Of a stretch of DNA of 64,000 nt, positions 19,641-28,976 are shown piece after piece; positions within the stretch are counted from its first letter, which is position 1, and every line of letters starts with the position of its first letter. The translations under genes and the position numbers were made by a program. Location of the stretch: NCBI GenBank assembly GCA_964648115.1, contig CAZYME010000005.1, forward strand, positions 31,755 through 95,754. Reading direction: 5' to 3'. The notes beneath the pieces are model-generated. The model worked only from the letters and a program-made list of their open reading frames with translations. It made no database searches and was not told where the DNA came from. The stretch is from an uncultured Legionella sp. (lineage in GTDB: Bacteria > Pseudomonadota > Gammaproteobacteria > Legionellales > Legionellaceae).

Positions 19641-21017
19641 CTACTCCTCATTTTTCTTTGCCAATAACCAAGGCAGGGCCACAAACAAAGTCAACCCGCC
19701 AATTAAAAAGGCTTGGAAAAGGAAGGTGTTTTCTATAGGAATTTGTGTGGGTGGGACAAAGCCGATGAGGATTGTTGCTGTACAGCAAATTATTCCTAGA
19801 CCAGCAACAAGCCACATTCCACATTTCCCTCCCGGAATTTTATAAGCCCGTGGCTTATCCGGCTGGCTGTAGCGGAGTTTAATTGCTGCGGCAAACATAA
19901 ATATATACACCATCAATGCCATTTGTGCACATAAATCGCTTAATATCCAATACGCAGCATTGATAGAATCTTGCATGATGTAAACGCTGCTTAACAAGGT
20001 AAAAATTAAGCCCTGCGCTATAAGAATTTTGACCGGTGCGCCGTGTCGATTCACCTCTGCAAATGCTGGTGGTATACAACCATCTTGCGCAGACACCAGT
20101 AAACCCTTTGTTGGGCCTATAATCCACGCTGAAACACCACAAATTCCACCGATAATAATGAATATGGCTGTCAATTGCGTCATCCATGGCATATTGAAGG
20201 CATCAAAATAAACAGCGCAGGCATCAATCAATCCGGAAACCACACTCAATTTTGTATCCGGAACTACAATGATGATAGCCAATGAACCTAATACCAGAGT
20301 GGAAAAGATAATAATGGTAGAAAAAAGAAGGGCTCGGGGATAGTCTCGCTGAGGGTTTTTTACTTCCTCAGCATGGACAGCAGACATTTCCATCCCTAAT
20401 AATCCAAACAGTACAGCAGAAAATAAAGATAAATTACCTAATAGGTTAAAATCAGGTAACCACGAAGCAGTATGACTTATCTCAATAGGATGGCCTTGAA
20501 ATATCCATAAAAAACCTAGACAACTAATACCAATCATGGGTAAAAGGGTGCCAACAGAAGCCCCGATGATACTCACTATGCTAGAAACTTTCATACCAAA
20601 GCAATTGAGTAATGTGAATAACCAAAATAGAGTAACGATGGTTATTAATATAAAGAATTTATCGTTAGCTAGTTGTGGAGCAAAGAGATATGCAATGGTC
20701 GCGGCAATAAAGGCCATAATGGTTGGATACCATACAACATTATATATCCATTGTAACCAAATCGTAATAAATGCAGCTCGTCGACCAAATGCTTCACGTA
20801 CCCATACATAAATTCCCCCCGTCTTTGGGTATGCTGTTGCCAACTCTGCAGCAACTAAAGCCACAGGGATAAAAAATACAAATGCGGCAACCAGGTAATA
20901 TGAGACTAATGATAAACCTAGTTTTGCTGTAATAGGTAATGTGCGTAGGCTATCAACAGCGATAACGTTTATCATGACCAATGAAAAAACACTTAAAACA
21001 CGTTTAGACTGAGACAC
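19641..21017 (-). CDS. APC-superfamily amino acid permease
   Basis: About 12 predicted TM helices. AAELATAYPKTGGIYVWV signature of amino acid/polyamine/organocation transporters. Confidence 0.85.
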   Translation of the reverse strand: MSQSKRVLSVFSLVMINVIAVDSLRTLPITAKLGLSLVSYYLVAAFVFFIPVALVAAELATAYPKTGGIYVWVREAFGRRAAFITIWLQWIYNVVWYPTIMAFIAATIAYLFAPQLANDKFFILITIVTLFWLFTLLNCFGMKVSSIVSIIGASVGTLLPMIGISCLGFLWIFQGHPIEISHTASWLPDFNLLGNLSLFSAVLFGLLGMEMSAVHAEEVKNPQRDYPRALLFSTIIIFSTLVLGSLAIIIVVPDTKLSVVSGLIDACAVYFDAFNMPWMTQLTAIFIIIGGICGVSAWIIGPTKGLLVSAQDGCIPPAFAEVNRHGAPVKILIAQGLIFTLLSSVYIMQDSINAAYWILSDLCAQMALMVYIFMFAAAIKLRYSQPDKPRAYKIPGGKCGMWLVAGLGIICCTATILIGFVPPTQIPIENTFLFQAFLIGGLTLFVALPWLLAKKNEE

Positions 21018-21113
21018 CTGTAATCCTTAAAACAAGGGGCCGCTGACCTCGCCAATCCGTTCGTGCCAACACCCCAAAATATAGTGAACCAAATAAAACA
21101 TCATTTAGCCCGT

Positions 21114-21176
21114 ATGGAGCGCAGCGGAATGCGGGGATCATTCTTGCGCCGATTCCCGCATTCCGCTGCGCTCCAT
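21114..21176. repeat. REP-like 21-bp-stem palindrome
   Basis: TGGAGCGCAGCGGAATGCGGG ... CCCGCATTCCGCTGCGCTCCA, just after the acnA stop. A half copy lies at 55585-55617. Confidence 0.8.
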
Positions 21177-21180
21177 TGAT

Positions 21181-23862
21181 CTATGCCTCTAATGTTAAAT
21201 TACGTAACACATACTGCAAGATACCACCATTGCGATAGTACTCAAGCTCATTAGTAGTATCGATGCGGCATAGAACCTTAACTTTCAGTTCGTTACCATC
21301 TTCACAATGAATGGTAACCTCGAGCAAACTTCCAGGCTTTAACGAGTCGTTTACGTTAATACTAATACGCTCCGTGCCCTTAAGCTCCAATGTATTACGA
21401 GTAGTCCCTTCCTGGAACTGCAAAGGTAATACCCCCATGCCAATTAAATTTGAACGATGAATCCGCTCAAAACTCTCAGCAATGACAGCCTTTACTCCCA
21501 GCAGAATGGTCCCTTTTGCAGCCCAATCTCGCGAAGAACCAGTACCATATTCTTTACCAGCAAATATAACCAATTCCTGATGATCTTGCTGGTAAAGCAT
21601 AGCTGCATCAAAAATGGGCATGATATCATCAGATGGGATGTAACGCGTAACTCCGCCTTCAATTCCTGGCGTCATTTCATTGCGAATACGAATATTTGCA
21701 AAAGTCCCTCGCATCATGATTTCATGATTGCCACGTCTCGAACCATAAGAGTTAAAATCAGCCTCGCTAACTCCTTTAGATTTTAAATACAAACCAGCAG
21801 GAGAGTTAGCTTTGATGGAACCTGCGGGCGAAATATGATCGGTTGTAATCGAATCTCCCAATATCGCTAAAATATACGCTTTATTAATAGGCTTAATGGG
21901 ATCAGGAGTGGCTTTGAGATCTTGGAAAAAAGGTGGGTGTTGAATATAAGTAGAATTAGCATCCCATTCATAAGTTGTTCCGCTACCTATATTAATGGCC
22001 TGCCATTCTTTATCACCTTGGAAAACCTCTGCATATTCTTTATGGAACATACCACCGGTTACTTTTGCGACTTCTAACGCCACCTCGGCATTCGTTGGCC
22101 AAATGTCTTTCAGGTAAACATCTTTGCCATCATTATCTTTCCCGATAGGTTCTTTATTTAAATCAATGCAAGTGGTACCACTCAAAGCGTATGCTACAAC
22201 CAGCGGTGGTGATGCTAACCAGTTGGCTCGGACTTGTGGATGTACACGCCCTTCAAAGTTACGGTTACCTGAAAGTACAGAGCAAACAACCAGATCATTG
22301 TCAGTTACACTATGAGCAATAGCATCAGGTAGTGGGCCAGAATTACCAATACATGTGGTACAGCCGTAACCTACTAAATTAAAGCCTAGCTGATCAAGAT
22401 AAGTTTGTAATCCTGCAAATTTCAAATAATCGGTTACCACTTTTGAGCCAGGCGCTAAAGATGATTTAACCCATGGTTTTCGCTGCAGGCCTTTTTCAAT
22501 TGCTTTTTTAGCGACAAGCCCCGCCGCCATCAACACGCTAGGATTGGATGTATTAGTACAGCTCGTAATAGCTGCAATGACCACATCACCATGCTGTAAT
22601 GCGAATTTTTCATCTTTTACTGAAAATGATTGGTTTTTTTCTGCTCCTTTTCCTGTTTCTTTAAGAAAAGCATCAAACTCTTGGGGCAAAGATTGAAGCG
22701 TAACTTTATCTTGAGGGCGCTTAGGGCCAGCTAATGAGGGTTCTACGGTAGTTAGATCGAGACTCAAGGAGTCTGTAAAAATAGGATCCTCTGCATCTTT
22801 GTCATACCACAGCCCTTGTGCTTTAGTATACGCTTCAACTAATGCAATAGTATGATCGTCTCGGCCTGTTAATTTTAAATAACGGAGCGTTTCTTGATCA
22901 GCAGGGAAAAATCCACAGGTTGCTCCATACTCTGGAGCCATATTGGAAATTGTCGCACGATCTGCAAGCGGTAATTCAGCGAGGCCTGGGCCATAAAATT
23001 CCACAAATTTTCCGACCACCCCTTTTTTGCGCAGCATTTGCGTAACCGTTAAAACTAAATCGGTAGCGGTTATACCTTCTTTCAATTTGCCAGTAAACTT
23101 GAAGCCAATAACTTCGGGAATAAGCATGGATACGGGTTGGCCAAGCATAGCAGCTTCTGCTTCGATACCACCTACGCCCCAACCCAGGACACCTAAACCG
23201 TTAATCATCGTTGTATGTGAATCTGTGCCAACCAGGGTATCTGGATATGCGTACCACACCCCATCTTGCTCACTGCTCCAAACTGTTTTACCAAGATACT
23301 CCAAGTTAACTTGGTGGCAAATCCCAGTACCGGGGGGAACTACTCTGAAATTAGCAAAGGCTTTTTGCCCCCAGCGCAGAAACTCATATCGCTCCATATT
23401 GCGGTGCATTTCTATTGTGGTGTTTACTTTCATTGAGTCAGCTGTAGCAAATTTATCCACCATGATGGAGTGGTCAATAACTAGATCAACTGGGGAGAGT
23501 GGAGAAATTTTTTCAGGATTCCCGCCCATTTTTTTAATGGCGGTACGCATAGCCGCGAGATCCACAACGGCTGGTACGCCAGTAAAATCTTGCATCAATA
23601 CGCGTGCTGGGCGATAAGCGATCTCATGCTGAGAGGTTTTCGTGGTAAGCCAATCCGCAATTGCCTTAATATCTTTAACGGTTACCGTTTTTCCATCTTC
23701 AAAACGCAATAGATTTTCAAAGAGTACTTTGAGGGAGTAGGGTAGCCTGTTAATTCCTTTAAAATGTGATTTTTCTGCTTCTATAATGCTGTAATAGCGG
23801 TATGTTTTTCCATCAACATTTAATTGAGACTGTGTTGCAAGGCTATCTTGACCAACCTTCAT
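21181..23862 (-). CDS. acnA: Aconitate hydratase A
   Basis: 893 aa. GTDSHTTM, ITSCTNTSNP and CTTCIGNSG Fe-S ligand motifs. YYRNGGILQYVLR at the C-terminus. Confidence 0.97.
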   Translation of the reverse strand: MKVGQDSLATQSQLNVDGKTYRYYSIIEAEKSHFKGINRLPYSLKVLFENLLRFEDGKTVTVKDIKAIADWLTTKTSQHEIAYRPARVLMQDFTGVPAVVDLAAMRTAIKKMGGNPEKISPLSPVDLVIDHSIMVDKFATADSMKVNTTIEMHRNMERYEFLRWGQKAFANFRVVPPGTGICHQVNLEYLGKTVWSSEQDGVWYAYPDTLVGTDSHTTMINGLGVLGWGVGGIEAEAAMLGQPVSMLIPEVIGFKFTGKLKEGITATDLVLTVTQMLRKKGVVGKFVEFYGPGLAELPLADRATISNMAPEYGATCGFFPADQETLRYLKLTGRDDHTIALVEAYTKAQGLWYDKDAEDPIFTDSLSLDLTTVEPSLAGPKRPQDKVTLQSLPQEFDAFLKETGKGAEKNQSFSVKDEKFALQHGDVVIAAITSCTNTSNPSVLMAAGLVAKKAIEKGLQRKPWVKSSLAPGSKVVTDYLKFAGLQTYLDQLGFNLVGYGCTTCIGNSGPLPDAIAHSVTDNDLVVCSVLSGNRNFEGRVHPQVRANWLASPPLVVAYALSGTTCIDLNKEPIGKDNDGKDVYLKDIWPTNAEVALEVAKVTGGMFHKEYAEVFQGDKEWQAINIGSGTTYEWDANSTYIQHPPFFQDLKATPDPIKPINKAYILAILGDSITTDHISPAGSIKANSPAGLYLKSKGVSEADFNSYGSRRGNHEIMMRGTFANIRIRNEMTPGIEGGVTRYIPSDDIMPIFDAAMLYQQDHQELVIFAGKEYGTGSSRDWAAKGTILLGVKAVIAESFERIHRSNLIGMGVLPLQFQEGTTRNTLELKGTERISINVNDSLKPGSLLEVTIHCEDGNELKVKVLCRIDTTNELEYYRNGGILQYVLRNLTLEA

Positions 23863-23971
23863 GTTCCAACTCCTCGGGACAAAAAGCTAATCATAGCCGA
23901 AAATGACTAAATTTTCATGGGGATATTTAGATCTTTTCAATGAGCGAAGCGGAATGCAAGTTTGGAGGCTC

Positions 23972-24013
23972 GAAAACAGCTGGGGCTGTGATACTACTTC
24001 ATCACAGCCCCAG
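23972..24013 (-). terminator. Intrinsic terminator of the Gly/Tyr-rich protein gene
   Basis: 13-bp stem CTGGGGCTGTGAT / ATCACAGCCCCAG (23980-23992 / 24001-24013), followed on the minus strand by a TTTT run. Confidence 0.65.
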
Positions 24014-24034
24014 AAAAATACTAAAATCCAACCT

Positions 24035-24352
24035 CTAGATACAGCGTTGAACACACTCTATTCTTCCCCAACTATTTCGAAAACAAGTTCTTCCGCAACG
24101 ATTCCCATATCCATAAGCACCACCACGGTACCACCCACCGCGATAGCCATATCCTCCACGATACCCATATCCGCCACCTCGATACCATCCACCACCATGC
24201 CAAGCTAAAACTATCGGTGCTGCCTGATTAGCTTTGTATACCTCTGTAACTGCTGCGTGCGTCGATGGAGAGTAGCCTGTTGTAAATAGGAACAGCACCC
24301 CTGTGGCTAACAGAGATAAAAGCAAATTGTTCATACTTAGATGAGTACGCAT
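24035..24352 (-). CDS. Small secreted Gly/Tyr/Arg/Trp-repeat protein with four-Cys C-terminal cap
   Basis: Signal peptide ...LLATGVLFLFTTGYSPSTHA. Mature part is GGWYRGGGYGYRGGYGYRGGWYRGGAYGYG followed by NRCGRTCFRNSWGRIECVQRCI. Has its own terminator. Confidence 0.6.
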   Translation of the reverse strand: MRTHLSMNNLLLSLLATGVLFLFTTGYSPSTHAAVTEVYKANQAAPIVLAWHGGGWYRGGGYGYRGGYGYRGGWYRGGAYGYGNRCGRTCFRNSWGRIECVQRCI

Positions 24353-24558
24353 AGCAATGTCCTTTTATTGTACTGGTAACCTTAATTATAGACACAAATT
24401 GAAGTGATATTATTTGTAACTCAAATAACGGGCTTTACTCTTTGAAAAAATAGGGCTTATTATATTTTTGATTGTGGAGTAGTGGATCTGTCATCACAAC
24501 GAAGGTGAATAGGTGCCTACCGGTAATAGGGTTTATTTTTCGTGACAGAATCATTGAT

Positions 24559-25620
24559 ATGGAGCCAGTTATGTTATCTCAAGAAAACAACCAACAAAAC
24601 GCCCATGCATGGAAAATGATAGGAACTGTGATTTTAGGTTTACGTTTTGTGCAGGGTTGGATTTTTTGGGGTGGTGGTTCACGACGCTTTTTTTATGATC
24701 CAAGTAAACTTGATCCTTACTCTACAGAGTGGATGGCAAATAAATTACAAAGCGCCATGCCAGGCGCCTTACTTGGGTTTGGGCATTGGATTAGCTTCCT
24801 GTTGCAACATTTTATTTTATTGTATGTTGCGATTATATTATTTAGCTTAGCGGAACTCCTCAGTGGAATGGCGTTGATTTGTGGATTTTTTACCAGGCTA
24901 TCGGCGTTTATTACCGTACTAATTAGTCTTTCATTGATGATTATTTTTGGTTGGCAGGGTACAACTTGCATGGATGAATGGACAATAGCGGTAGCAAATT
25001 TAACTATTGGGTTAACACTGATACTGACTGGTAGTTCTATTTATTCAATCGATAGTTGGTGGCTTCATCGTCATCCTAAACTAGGCCAGCAAACATGGTT
25101 TTTAATTTTAGCGAGTGGCGTATGGCCATATAAAAAATTGAAAAAGGCCGGGATTTTATTCTTGGCTTGCACCATTATTTTCACGCTTTCAACGTATAAT
25201 TACTATCGTGGGGGGATATTTTCATACCATCCTGGCCCTGTAAGTGCTTATAAGTATCACATTAAACTCAGTAACGGAAAACTAAGCATAGATAGTGCTA
25301 TAACTTTCACATTATATGTAGACGCTGGCCCCTCTGCGGCCCCAACTTATGTTATAAGGGTTGAACTGTTAAATTCACACGGAAAATTGATAAAAGAGTG
25401 GTCCGGAAAACAACTGAGCGAATTGCCTGACGCGCAGGTTATTAATAAGTACCCTTATAATAAAATCTTGATTGGACCCTATGGAATAATTGCGCCGGTA
25501 AGTGCTGAGGCGAATATTACGCTACCTCAAATACCTAAGCAGCCGGATTTACAGAATGATATATACCAACTGCAAGTCTATACGATTAATGGTCAACGCT
25601 TTGTTTTATCTTTGAAGTAA
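24559..25620 (+). CDS. DoxX/DoxD-like membrane protein fused to a beta-rich C-terminal domain (DoxA-like?)
   Basis: Start moved to MEPVMLSQ. LGLRFVQGWIFWGGGSRRFFYDP plus about 6 TM helices resemble the DoxD/DoxX family. The C-terminal ~130 aa are soluble. The assignment is provisional. Confidence 0.5.
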   Translation: MEPVMLSQENNQQNAHAWKMIGTVILGLRFVQGWIFWGGGSRRFFYDPSKLDPYSTEWMANKLQSAMPGALLGFGHWISFLLQHFILLYVAIILFSLAELLSGMALICGFFTRLSAFITVLISLSLMIIFGWQGTTCMDEWTIAVANLTIGLTLILTGSSIYSIDSWWLHRHPKLGQQTWFLILASGVWPYKKLKKAGILFLACTIIFTLSTYNYYRGGIFSYHPGPVSAYKYHIKLSNGKLSIDSAITFTLYVDAGPSAAPTYVIRVELLNSHGKLIKEWSGKQLSELPDAQVINKYPYNKILIGPYGIIAPVSAEANITLPQIPKQPDLQNDIYQLQVYTINGQRFVLSLK

Positions 25621-25737
25621 AGAAAGAGACAGTATGCAGGACTTATAGAGCAATTATCAAGGGGATACTGGCTTGATTTGCTAAATTATAATCCATGTTG
25701 TACAATTACCTTACATGATAACCACAAGGAAGAAATC

Positions 25738-26031
25738 ATGAGAAGGTTTTCACTTTCGTTACTATTGGTAAGTTCAATCGTGTTACTATCTAGCTGTGCT
25801 TATGTTGGATCAACTTGCCCTGGTGGTGGTTGTGGCTACGTATCCACACCTAGTTACGTTACAACAAGTGGCTGTTGTTCTGCAAATAGAACATATGTTG
25901 TAAAAACCACTTGCTGTAATACTAGCCCCTGTAATCGATGCAACGCAGGCTACTATAGTGGCTATTATAACTCAGCATGGGATCCTGGCTACGGTTATGG
26001 ATACGGTGCATATAACACTGGTTGGTACTAG
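25738..26031 (+). CDS. Cys- and Gly/Tyr-rich lipoprotein
   Basis: Start moved to MRRFSLSLLLVSSIVLLSSC (lipobox) with an AAGGAAG RBS. Nine Cys, including CC pairs and CNRC. Tail GYYSGYYNSAWDPGYGYGYGAYNTGWY. Confidence 0.6.
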   Translation: MRRFSLSLLLVSSIVLLSSCAYVGSTCPGGGCGYVSTPSYVTTSGCCSANRTYVVKTTCCNTSPCNRCNAGYYSGYYNSAWDPGYGYGYGAYNTGWY

Positions 26032-26058
26032 AGAATTATCAGCAATTAGTGAATATAT

Positions 26059-26088
26059 AAAATCCCCGCAAAAGCGGGGATTTTTTTT
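26059..26088 (+). terminator. Strong intrinsic terminator
   Basis: ATCCCCGC-AAAA-GCGGGGAT followed by T7. Confidence 0.85.
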
Positions 26089-26192
26089 CTGCTGCGACTG
26101 GCCCATTTCAAAATTTGAAAGCGCATTTAATTCTACCTTTGTAACTCATCAAGTATAATATCGGCACAAAACCTGGTTTAAGTGAGAGTAAT

Positions 26193-27875
26193 ATGGATCC
26201 TAGATTTTTAGCTACAATAGTTTCAAATGGTGATGTCGGTCAACTTTATAAACAACTTGACCCACGAAGCTGTGTTGATAAACAAGGTGCGTTTTGCATA
26301 GATGACGTAAATAGTCGTGCGCAATCACTAAGGGGGGCTCTAGAGCTACCTCAAGAAGCTAATTTAGCAAGCATTAATCTTGAAAGCATGATTGATGCCT
26401 ATAAGAAGAAGATAGAGGAACACTTTAGTTTATTGGTAGCACCTCCAATATCTAGTACTATCGCCTGTGCCAAAACTTATTTAGATAAGCTTTTATCAGT
26501 GGATACCATCCGTTGTTATCTTTCCGAACCTACAGAAGAAACAATTTCGCAGCATGCTACTAAATTAACTGATGAATCTGTGAGTATTATTGTCCGTATT
26601 TCGATTGCGTTACTTGAACTTCCCAAGCGCAATGCAGAGCCCAAGGAAATTATTGAAACAAAGCTTATCAATCTAGACAAACTTTTAAGGCCCTACCTCG
26701 TAAATCATCCCGATAAAGATGAGTATACTCAATTTGTAAATTGTATAAGACGGTACGATGGTCCATTTCAGAAATTTATTGAGAATACTGGTGGTATTCC
26801 GGGTCTGCCATATAAAGAGAGGCGTGAAACTGCATATGTTAACTACTATGAAGAGTTTCATAAAAAAATGATGCCAAAACCAAGAAAAAGGAAGCTTCAG
26901 CAAGACGAAGAGGCGGCAGATGAGCCAGCCCAAAAAAAATCGACGGCTGCTGCTTCAGATCCTAAACTACAAGACCAACAAACCGCTGAAATTGCGCGCT
27001 TGAAAGATGAGAATAGACAGTTAAGAATGGAAATTCAAGCCATAACCCAGTCAAATACAACAATGTCTAAGATACTTAAAGAAAGACAGCTGGATCTAGA
27101 CGAGCTAAGAAGGAGGACCCTATTGCTCGAGGATGGATTGCAGGATGCTTATAAGGACAATGAAGGTTTGACCGGGCAAATTACTAAACTTGAGCAGCAG
27201 CTAGAACGGGAAAAGTTAACGGCTAGCCAACACTATAGAAACCTTCAAGATGCCAATGCACAATGGACGGATCATATGCTGAGGGCGGAGCAGTTGGCGT
27301 TAACGACAAGCAGTTTAAAGCATACAATAGGCGATCGTGATCAACATATACAAGCTTTAAAGAGTCAAATTGCAAAAGCTGAATCTGATTTAGCTGCATC
27401 CCAACGTCGTGTCTCGGAACTTGAATCTGAGTTAATAAGATCTCAAGATTATGCCTCAAGACTTCAAACGTATAGTGAGACGGTATATCGACAAGTAATA
27501 ATGTCGGGAGCTAGTAGTATTGTGAGGCGAGACCACAGTCAGGAGGACCCACGTCTAGCAGCTATGCATGCAGCTTCAACTTCGCGGCCAGTGCTGCGGC
27601 AAGAAAGTGTTTCAGCTTCTTCACATCCCGCCCATGAAGTCATTGAGCACGGCTTAGAAAACGGATCAAGACATCATAGAGCTTCTATCTTTCATAATGG
27701 GAGGCTAGAAGGAGGCCCCGCTAATGCTGCCGTCCATAGAGTTCTTGGCCAAGGCCCACAGAGCAACAGAACACGCCCCTCTATCTTTAATAATGGGAGG
27801 CTAGTAGGAGGCCACGCTGATGCAGCGGAGCAAGATTCGGCACATCGGGAAACAGGACAGACAAGACCATCTTAA
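26193..27875 (+). CDS. Coiled-coil orphan protein, secreted-effector candidate
   Basis: 560-aa ORF. The central ~200 aa are heptad-like (ARLKDENRQLRMEIQ..., LEQQLEREKL...). PKPRKRKL basic cluster. 32-aa C-terminal duplication SIF(H/N)NGRL(E/V)GG. No signal peptide. Confidence 0.7.
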   Translation: MDPRFLATIVSNGDVGQLYKQLDPRSCVDKQGAFCIDDVNSRAQSLRGALELPQEANLASINLESMIDAYKKKIEEHFSLLVAPPISSTIACAKTYLDKLLSVDTIRCYLSEPTEETISQHATKLTDESVSIIVRISIALLELPKRNAEPKEIIETKLINLDKLLRPYLVNHPDKDEYTQFVNCIRRYDGPFQKFIENTGGIPGLPYKERRETAYVNYYEEFHKKMMPKPRKRKLQQDEEAADEPAQKKSTAAASDPKLQDQQTAEIARLKDENRQLRMEIQAITQSNTTMSKILKERQLDLDELRRRTLLLEDGLQDAYKDNEGLTGQITKLEQQLEREKLTASQHYRNLQDANAQWTDHMLRAEQLALTTSSLKHTIGDRDQHIQALKSQIAKAESDLAASQRRVSELESELIRSQDYASRLQTYSETVYRQVIMSGASSIVRRDHSQEDPRLAAMHAASTSRPVLRQESVSASSHPAHEVIEHGLENGSRHHRASIFHNGRLEGGPANAAVHRVLGQGPQSNRTRPSIFNNGRLVGGHADAAEQDSAHRETGQTRPS

Positions 27876-27907
27876 AAGCCTGTGGTCGCAATGGGGTATG
27901 TAAATTA

Positions 27908-27986
27908 CGTCTTTGTGAGTGTCATCTAACCAATCCAGGGTCTTTGGAGTTAGCACCTAGGCCACTGGATTGGTTCGTTATCGCGG
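27908..27986. repeat. Degenerate copy of the CGTCTTTG.GAG...CCAG palindrome family
   Basis: CGTCTTTGTGAGTGTCATCTAACCAATCCAG ... CTGGATTGGTTCGTTATCGCG. Arms are diverged from the 9574 and 19481 copies. Confidence 0.45.
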
Positions 27987-28011
27987 TTTTAGTCCCAACA
28001 ATTGGCTCGGG

Positions 28012-28431
28012 TTAATTCCGAAGCGTAAGGACATCACATTTGGCGTGATGCACAACAGCGTGTGCAGTACTACCCAGAAATGCTGGCAATGCACCAGGGG
28101 AATGGCTACCGATGATAATTAAATTACAGGATAACTCCTCAACCTTTTTTAGCACGTTGGTTTTTATAGAGCCAATTTCCACAAACTGTTGATCTAAAGG
28201 AATCTTTAACGCCTCTCCAATTGTCCGCAACACAGCTTCTGCATCGTCTTTAACAGGGTGATCAAATTCAGCAAACCCAAGCCCTTGGGCAAGTTGCAAA
28301 CTGGCTGGGGGCTCAATAACGTGTAGCAGATAGAGTCTGGCATGGAAGCATTTCGCAATTTCCACCGCTTGTTGACACATGTGGTAATGGTTTTCACTTA
28401 AATCCGTTGCATGTAAAATATGAGTGTACAT
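28012..28431 (-). CDS. Universal stress protein (UspA family)
   Basis: YTHILHATDLSE...LYLLHV...LIIIGSH..G......GSTAHAVVHHAKCDVL is a typical Usp domain. Confidence 0.85.
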   Translation of the reverse strand: MYTHILHATDLSENHYHMCQQAVEIAKCFHARLYLLHVIEPPASLQLAQGLGFAEFDHPVKDDAEAVLRTIGEALKIPLDQQFVEIGSIKTNVLKKVEELSCNLIIIGSHSPGALPAFLGSTAHAVVHHAKCDVLTLRN

Positions 28432-28461
28432 AAGTCCTTCATGTATAATGTAAGTTAAAAA

Positions 28462-28488
28462 GTAGGTTGGGTCATTGACCCAACCTAC
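28462..28488. repeat. Perfect palindrome GTAGGTTGGGTCATTGACCCAACCTAC
   Basis: Core unit of the GTAGGTTGGG family. Overlaps the folK stop codon. Confidence 0.85.
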
Positions 28489-28976
28489 ATATATTTACTG
28501 AAGTGTAATGGATGCAAATACGTTTCACAATGCTTAAGGTGGGAAGTGAGAGGCTCTCCTGTGGGTAATTTTGCTTCGGGGGAAATTTCTAGCAAAGGAA
28601 CCAATACAAAATCTCGATTAATCATTTCTGGATGAGGTACAACTAAATCGTGATGGTTAATAATATGATTACCATAAAGTAATACGTCTATATCTAAGGT
28701 TCTAGCCCCCCAACGCTTTTTACGCAATCGTTGATGCTTTTGCTCAATACGTTGGCAATAATTCAACAGAGTGAGGGCTGGAAGAGAAGTATTTAAAGCA
28801 ATAACCATATTACAGTAGGGCGGTTGCGAGTAAACCCCGCACGGTTTACTGGAATAAATTTTAGAGACAGCGACAACAACAGAACTTGGTAGTTTATGCA
28901 GTAGGCCGATAGCTTGCCTGAGTTGCCGCACAGGCGAGCGCAAATTGCTGCCAAGCCCTAAATAACAAAGTGTCAT
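28485..28976 (-). CDS. folK: 2-amino-4-hydroxy-6-hydroxymethyldihydropteridine diphosphokinase
   Basis: YLGLGSNL...RTLDIDVLLYG...LVVPHPEMINRDFVLVPL. 4-nt overlap with pcnB, as in enterobacterial pcnB-folK. Confidence 0.9.
   Translation of the reverse strand: MTLCYLGLGSNLRSPVRQLRQAIGLLHKLPSSVVVAVSKIYSSKPCGVYSQPPYCNMVIALNTSLPALTLLNYCQRIEQKHQRLRKKRWGARTLDIDVLLYGNHIINHHDLVVPHPEMINRDFVLVPLLEISPEAKLPTGEPLTSHLKHCETYLHPLHFSKYM

Noticed and set aside
23027-23617. 196-aa plus-strand ORF
   Set aside because: It is embedded antisense in acnA and has Pro/Ser/Thr-rich shadow-frame composition.
23863-23960. Fur box upstream of acnA
   Set aside because: Only a short AATCAT fragment is present, with nothing approaching the 19-bp Fur consensus.
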